A stretch of DNA of 64,000 nt from Terriglobia bacterium (GTDB lineage: Bacteria; Acidobacteriota; Terriglobia; 20CM-2-55-15): NCBI GenBank assembly GCA_963664115.2, contig CAXWPJ010000012.1, positions 384,001-448,000 on the forward strand, given 5' to 3'. Under the pieces are notes generated by a model. It made no database searches. It had not been told where the DNA came from and was given only the letters and a program-made list of their open reading frames with translations. Shown here one piece after another: positions 59,039 to 64,000 of this stretch. A program made the position numbers and the translations under genes. The stretch's first letter is position 1. Each line of letters starts with the position of its first letter.

Positions 59039-60628
59039 TCAAAGCGTCAGCAACGGCCGCAGCTCCCGCACGTCCCTCAGTTCCTCGAGCGCATTCACCT
59101 GTTCGATCACCGCTTCCGTTCTTGTGTCCCCAAGTATCGGCACCATGAGCTCACGTGCTTTCGCGGCCACGCCTTCGGTGTCGAGCGGGTTTTCTGGCGT
59201 GCCGGGCGCGTGACTCACGAACAGGCTCACCCGAGCCCCGTCGCGAGTCGTCACCTCGACGAAGCCGCTGCGCGGTGCCTCCAACACGACGAGCTCCGGA
59301 TCAGCGATCAGCTCCACACGCTGCCTGGCTTGAACGATGGCGGGCTCCGACATACGTTCGAAGGAATGGCTGTTCTCGAAGTTGATCATGCCATCGACCA
59401 GGGCCACAGCCAGGATGTGCTGGCAGTTGACGTCCGGCATCAGACGGTTGTCGACAATCCGTGCACCGTCCTCAGGCAGTCGCACGAGAATATGCTCGAC
59501 GTTGTCCACCGTCAGGCCGTACTCCTCGCGGAGCGTAAAAAAAGCCGCCAGCGGCGACTGGATGGGATAGCCCACCGGAAACGTCTTGATCGCGGTTTCC
59601 TCAACGTAGAATCGGCTGCCGAGATCCGCAACCATTTCCTCCGGTGCTGCGTCGTCCGACAAAGCATCGAGCACGTTGCGTTCGCCTTCCAGAGCATCGA
59701 GGACACCGGTGAATCCACTCTGTATCATTGTCGCTGCAGCGACACCGTTGCGTGCCCCCATTCCACTGAAGTCGAAAGCCTTTTCGATATGCTCCACATC
59801 CCGGACCCAACTCCACACACCGGAAACCTGCTGGACGGCGTAGGAGATCGCGTAACGCATTCCCGTCTCATCGAAGCGTGCGAGAGACGCAGCCCCAGCA
59901 CTGGCCCCGAATGTCGAGCTGTAACCCTCCGCACTGCGAAAATTCGCACGGACCAGGGCCGGTCTGAGCGCGACCAGGAACCGGCAACAGAGATCGTAGC
60001 CCAGAGTTATCGCTCTGAGCAGTTCCTCACCCGAACTGCCTTCGCGCTCACCCATGGCAAGCGCTGCCGGCACGACCGAACAACCGGGATGGGCTTTTGT
60101 GAAGGGGTGGAAGTCATCCGTCTCATCCGCATGGGCGGACATCGCGTTGGCAAAAGCAGCATTGACAGCCGACGTCATGATGTTTGTCGTCACGACGGAT
60201 GCTTCCGGGATGCCACCCTGCGCCCTCACGTAGTCGATTGCGACTTCCCCGGGCCTGAGGCGTGCACCCGAAACGATTGCGCCGAGCGTATCGAGAAGCC
60301 GATGTTTGGCTGCGAGCCGAACGCCGGGCCCGAGGCTCAGTTCCCTCGCTTCGACCATGTATCGCGCCAGACGGCCCGTCAGATCAGGACTTCCGGCTGT
60401 GGGGGACGTGGGTTGTGCGGGCTCAGCCGCCGGGTCTTCAGTGACTGAACAGCCCCCGACAGTGGCGGCGGCGAGAAAGCCACCTGCAGCGCCCTTGAGA
60501 ACGCGTCGCCGTGTAATGCGCCCCGGTGCGTCCCCGCCTCGGACCGGAACGTCCGTGCCCCGCAGATCATCGCTCACGTATTTCTCCTCTTTCTCCATTT
60601 TCTCCCTGGCAATGTTCTCTTCATTCAC
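59039..60628 (-). CDS. MmgE/PrpD family protein with Tat (lipo)signal
   Basis: TRRRVLKG..GGC; HADETDDFH...HPG; PGTPENPL. Confidence 0.88.
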   Translation of the reverse strand: MNEENIAREKMEKEEKYVSDDLRGTDVPVRGGDAPGRITRRRVLKGAAGGFLAAATVGGCSVTEDPAAEPAQPTSPTAGSPDLTGRLARYMVEARELSLGPGVRLAAKHRLLDTLGAIVSGARLRPGEVAIDYVRAQGGIPEASVVTTNIMTSAVNAAFANAMSAHADETDDFHPFTKAHPGCSVVPAALAMGEREGSSGEELLRAITLGYDLCCRFLVALRPALVRANFRSAEGYSSTFGASAGAASLARFDETGMRYAISYAVQQVSGVWSWVRDVEHIEKAFDFSGMGARNGVAAATMIQSGFTGVLDALEGERNVLDALSDDAAPEEMVADLGSRFYVEETAIKTFPVGYPIQSPLAAFFTLREEYGLTVDNVEHILVRLPEDGARIVDNRLMPDVNCQHILAVALVDGMINFENSHSFERMSEPAIVQARQRVELIADPELVVLEAPRSGFVEVTTRDGARVSLFVSHAPGTPENPLDTEGVAAKARELMVPILGDTRTEAVIEQVNALEELRDVRELRPLLTL

Positions 60629-60641
60629 TGTCGGCCCACCC

Positions 60642-61811
60642 TCAGTCGATCGGTTTCTCCCAACCCTGCTCGAAATACTTTTCCCAGTTCTGCGCCCAGG
60701 GCCGGCCAAAGTAATCGATGTAACCCTCATCGAAGGGCAGCAGCTGCGTGGGTCTGCCGTCAGGACCGTTGACAATATTGCTCATCACGCGGCACTCGAC
60801 GAAGGTGTAGCGCATCTCCGGGTCGTCGAGTTCGGCTTGAAGGTCCCACTCGGTCAGCGTATGCAAGGGCCGGACAAAGGCTTCCGGATCGTAAAATGTC
60901 GTCTCGATGATGAGGCCGGTTCCATCAGGGTTCGAGCGGATGATCTCCACGGTCTCCATCGCATTGCTGTACTCGAACATCGAGATTCCCAGCGTCCACG
61001 CCTGGACATTCGCTGTCCAGCTGACCAGGGTGTCGTGGTCCCAGAATCCGATTGTTTCCCCATACCACTGCGGCACCAGTTGCACGTGCTGGCGGCCGAT
61101 GAGCACCTTGCGGATAAAATTGTCGGCGACGCCGCCGAGGAACTGAACCTGAAGCGGGTTAACCAGAACCTCGACCTCCCGGACCGCACCCCGTGTGAAC
61201 CATCGCATGAATCCCTCGGGATAGCAGAAGGAAGACACCCACTGGGGCGAATTGCTCACGGTCTCGTGATAGTTGGCCTGGACCATGCGCTGCTGGTACT
61301 CCGGGGTCAGCAACGATATCACCGTGCCCGTTTGAAGGTTCCGGCCGTCAACCCACTGGTCGGCCAAATTCCCTTTCGTGTACACACCGCCCCAGTCGGG
61401 CATGGTCCGCAGTGTGTGTATGGTGGGCCCTCCCCCAGCAGCCTCCGCTTGAGCCAGCAACACCATGTAGTGTTGCTCCGCGCTCTGATAGTCGTAGGGG
61501 CTGACGATATCAGAGACGTCGCGGTCAAAGTCACAATCGCCCCATGCAGCAAACCTGCCGCGACGCCACATATCGGAAAGCCCGCGGGGCGTGTTGCATC
61601 GGGCATATCGTGGATCCGCCCAATACTCGCGATCCAAATAGAAGTTCTCGGTCGTAAACAAGTCCACCGGCAGCGGCACGATTCCCGCCGGCGCTCGGAG
61701 CTGTGGCTCCCCTTGCGCGGCACCTGAAGCCGGCGCCACAGTCGTCAGGGACATCAGGGCCAGAAACAGGGTCATCGTGAACGCGGGTACTCTTCGACCG
61801 GCCATAGGCAT
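60642..61811 (-). CDS. Long secreted member of the DUF6152-partner family
   Basis: [27 protein letters not shown]; extra N-terminal Cys-containing region. Confidence 0.72.
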   Translation of the reverse strand: MPMAGRRVPAFTMTLFLALMSLTTVAPASGAAQGEPQLRAPAGIVPLPVDLFTTENFYLDREYWADPRYARCNTPRGLSDMWRRGRFAAWGDCDFDRDVSDIVSPYDYQSAEQHYMVLLAQAEAAGGGPTIHTLRTMPDWGGVYTKGNLADQWVDGRNLQTGTVISLLTPEYQQRMVQANYHETVSNSPQWVSSFCYPEGFMRWFTRGAVREVEVLVNPLQVQFLGGVADNFIRKVLIGRQHVQLVPQWYGETIGFWDHDTLVSWTANVQAWTLGISMFEYSNAMETVEIIRSNPDGTGLIIETTFYDPEAFVRPLHTLTEWDLQAELDDPEMRYTFVECRVMSNIVNGPDGRPTQLLPFDEGYIDYFGRPWAQNWEKYFEQGWEKPID

Positions 61812-62036
61812 CGACGTTTCTCCCTTTCTTGTGGCTGTCGTTTCGGAAGGATCGTATTCGGAGATCTTCGGAGCGGTCAAGCGATAAGATGCACCCTCAT
61901 GAAAGACCTGCGCTCGACCATGAGAGGACAGTGCGAAGGACGGTGGGTCCCGTGTTAGATATGAGGGCAGCGACGGCGGGCGGAATTGCCTGCTGGAAGC
62001 ATCGTAAATCCCGTACAGTGACCGTTCTGAAAATCG

Positions 62037-62051
62037 CGGGCCTTCGGCCCG
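62037..62051 (-). terminator. Hairpin after the STAS gene
   Basis: CGGGCC-gaa-GGCCCG followed by CGATTTT. Confidence 0.5.
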
Positions 62052-62054
62052 AAT

Positions 62055-62420
62055 CTAGTTTTTCGTTGCGGCCATGCCTGTTTGCGCCTCGATGGCCTGA
62101 GTTTCACGATCGAAGATGTCGAATACCGTCGTAAGCTTGGACAATTCCAGGAGATCACTTGTCCTTTGAGTTGGATTCAACAGGCTCATGCGGCACCCTT
62201 TGTTCGTCAGCGATGTATAGGTGGCAACGAGTTCGCCAAGGCCACAACTGTCGATGTAAGAAACATCTTCCAGATTCAACACAAACTTGCGGCTGTCCTC
62301 CTCCACCAACCGGTTGACCGTATTGCGCAACAACAAGACTGACTCGCCAGCTGAAAAGCGGCCAGACATGTCCACCAGCACCACCCCACGGTCGCGGCGT
62401 GTCTTCAGAGCAAAGGACAT
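62055..62420 (-). CDS. STAS-domain anti-sigma factor antagonist
   Basis: VLNLEDVSYIDSCGLGELV, LLELSKLTTVF. Confidence 0.9.
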   Translation of the reverse strand: MSFALKTRRDRGVVLVDMSGRFSAGESVLLLRNTVNRLVEEDSRKFVLNLEDVSYIDSCGLGELVATYTSLTNKGCRMSLLNPTQRTSDLLELSKLTTVFDIFDRETQAIEAQTGMAATKN

Positions 62421-62528
62421 CGAAAACTCCAATTCGGCGATTCATCCGAATTTGTGCATCAGCAGCGAGGCGCTTACGCTCGGATGCCTCCCCAAGATCG
62501 TTGCGGACAAGAATGAAAATCTGGATTA

Positions 62529-62557
62529 AGTGTATATCGGAGAGGAGCCGGAAGCAA
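62529..62557 (-). promoter_or_regulatory. Related promoter copy upstream of the second STAS gene
   Basis: TTGCTT-17-TACACT; leader shares AGATTT..TTCTTGTC.GCAACG with the 36606 copy. Confidence 0.6.
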
Positions 62558-62638
62558 CGGAAGGTCAGACAACGACAAAGGGATTGCTCGTTGCCTGACG
62601 TGGCCATATGAAGGGACGTATACCTGTGATCGTATCGG

Positions 62639-64000
62639 CTATGGAAGCCGGAGCGCCAACAGTTCGGCCGGATATCCGTCTGCGGCAACCGCAATAACAA
62701 TGCACTGCACCCCGTCAACCATGTAGGACATGGGCAGGCCCGTCTGAGTCGCCGGAAGTTCGATCTCGGCTAAAATGTCGCCGGTCGCTTTGTCGTGTGC
62801 CCGAAAGACAGGCCGGCCCCCCACACCCTCTCCCGAGAAGAGGAGCGTGCGCGTTGCGAGGAGTCCGACGCGATTAGGACGTCCCGTCCGGCCCAGTTCC
62901 AGTCCGGCCAGGGCCGGATGGTTCGCAATTTCTTCCGGCGTGTCCGCGTTCGCAATCTGCCAGAGCATCTCGCCACGGTTCAGGTCGATCGCACTGATCT
63001 GGCCATAGGGAGGTTTGACGGCTGGCAGGCCATCGACCATCAGCGTCTCGGCCGGCATGAGCATGAAGTCGACCGTGACACCTTCGATAGGGGGCAGCAA
63101 GCCTTCGACCGCCGCACTCATCTGTGAACTCACGTAAAGAATGCCGGTTTCCGGATCCACCGCACCCCCTTCCCAGTTACCCCCACCGGTGGAACGCGGC
63201 AGCATGACCGTTCCCCGAATGCCGTTCTCGGGGTCGGATCGTTCGATCGGAGTGAATAGAGGCCCGAAGCGCACGCCTTCCACCAGCGCCAATGCCTTCT
63301 CCCGCAGTTCGGGGGTGAAGTCGATGAGATCATCCTCGCTTAAGCCCTGGCGTGTGAAAGCGGGTGGCCGTGTCGGGAACGGTTGCGTGGGCGACAGGCG
63401 TTCCCCCGGAACAGTCGTGTCGGTCGGTACGGGGCGTTCCACGATAGGCCAGACCGGTTCGCCCGTGACCCGGTTGAACACATAAGCCCAGCCCTGTTTG
63501 GTGATTTGCGCCACGGCCGGAATCGAGAGTCCATCCACTTCGATGTCGACCAGAATCGGTGCGGCTGGATTGTCGAAATCCCAGACGTCATGGTGCACCA
63601 GCTGGAAATGCCAGAGGCGTTCTCCGGTTGCGGCGTCGAGCGCCACCACGCTGCTGGAATAGAGGTTGTCGCCCAGTCGATGCCCGCCATACCAGTCGTG
63701 AGTGGAAACCTCGGTGGGGAGGTAGACAATACCCCGTTCGAGGTCGGCCGAGAACATGGTCCAGACACCCGCGTTACCGGAGTATTGGTTCGAATTGTTT
63801 TCCCATGTTTCCGCTCCCGGCTCCCCGTTCTCAGGAACGACGTGGAAGCTCCAGAGCAACGCGCCTGTCCGGACGTCGAATCCCCGGATGTCGCCTGGAA
63901 TATTCTCGGGTGTTGGCTGACTCCGACCGCTGATATGAGCCGAGCCCACAATAACAACGTTGTTGACGATCACCGGTGGTGAGGACGAGCCGATGGTACC
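62639..64000 (-). CDS. PQQ-dependent glucose/quinate dehydrogenase-like protein (5' part outside window)
   Basis: PGDIRGFDVRTG, HFQLVHHDVWDFD, SPTQPFP, GGGNWEG, KPPYG. Confidence 0.9.
   Translation of the reverse strand, partial: GTIGSSSPPVIVNNVVIVGSAHISGRSQPTPENIPGDIRGFDVRTGALLWSFHVVPENGEPGAETWENNSNQYSGNAGVWTMFSADLERGIVYLPTEVSTHDWYGGHRLGDNLYSSSVVALDAATGERLWHFQLVHHDVWDFDNPAAPILVDIEVDGLSIPAVAQITKQGWAYVFNRVTGEPVWPIVERPVPTDTTVPGERLSPTQPFPTRPPAFTRQGLSEDDLIDFTPELREKALALVEGVRFGPLFTPIERSDPENGIRGTVMLPRSTGGGNWEGGAVDPETGILYVSSQMSAAVEGLLPPIEGVTVDFMLMPAETLMVDGLPAVKPPYGQISAIDLNRGEMLWQIANADTPEEIANHPALAGLELGRTGRPNRVGLLATRTLLFSGEGVGGRPVFRAHDKATGDILAEIELPATQTGLPMSYMVDGVQCIVIAVAADGYPAELLALRLP

Overview
GC-rich bacterial accessory region. 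Gene content (DUF6152-like, DUF5916, DUF6644-like, kinase-PD40 and NHL families) suggests Acidobacteriota, which is an inference. About 50 CDSs are present and nearly all encode exported proteins. They include a CHAT/TPR + filamentous-haemagglutinin + DUF928-like cluster, 7 small His-His-start DUF6152-like proteins, 6 members of an unnamed 'GxWEGDTLVV' partner family, 4 NHL/PAL-like propellers, 3 PQQ dehydrogenases, 3 c-type cytochromes, 3 MBL-fold hydrolases, 2 STAS proteins and one full-length Ser/Thr kinase-PD40 gene. No rRNA, tRNA, CRISPR or intact recombinase was seen. The most striking hidden structure lies in the intergenic DNA: about 14 degenerate fragments of Hanks-type kinase genes, all on the minus strand. 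These are N-lobe pieces and C-terminal 'I-x-V-V-L-N-W-F-E-E-L-K-E-R-V-P-V-P*'-like tails, together with a conserved 34-bp bulged palindrome and a conserved sigma70-like promoter/leader. These pieces bracket unrelated cargo genes, as if a tandem kinase array served as a scaffold for gene replacement. All family assignments come from motif recognition by eye; no database search was run.
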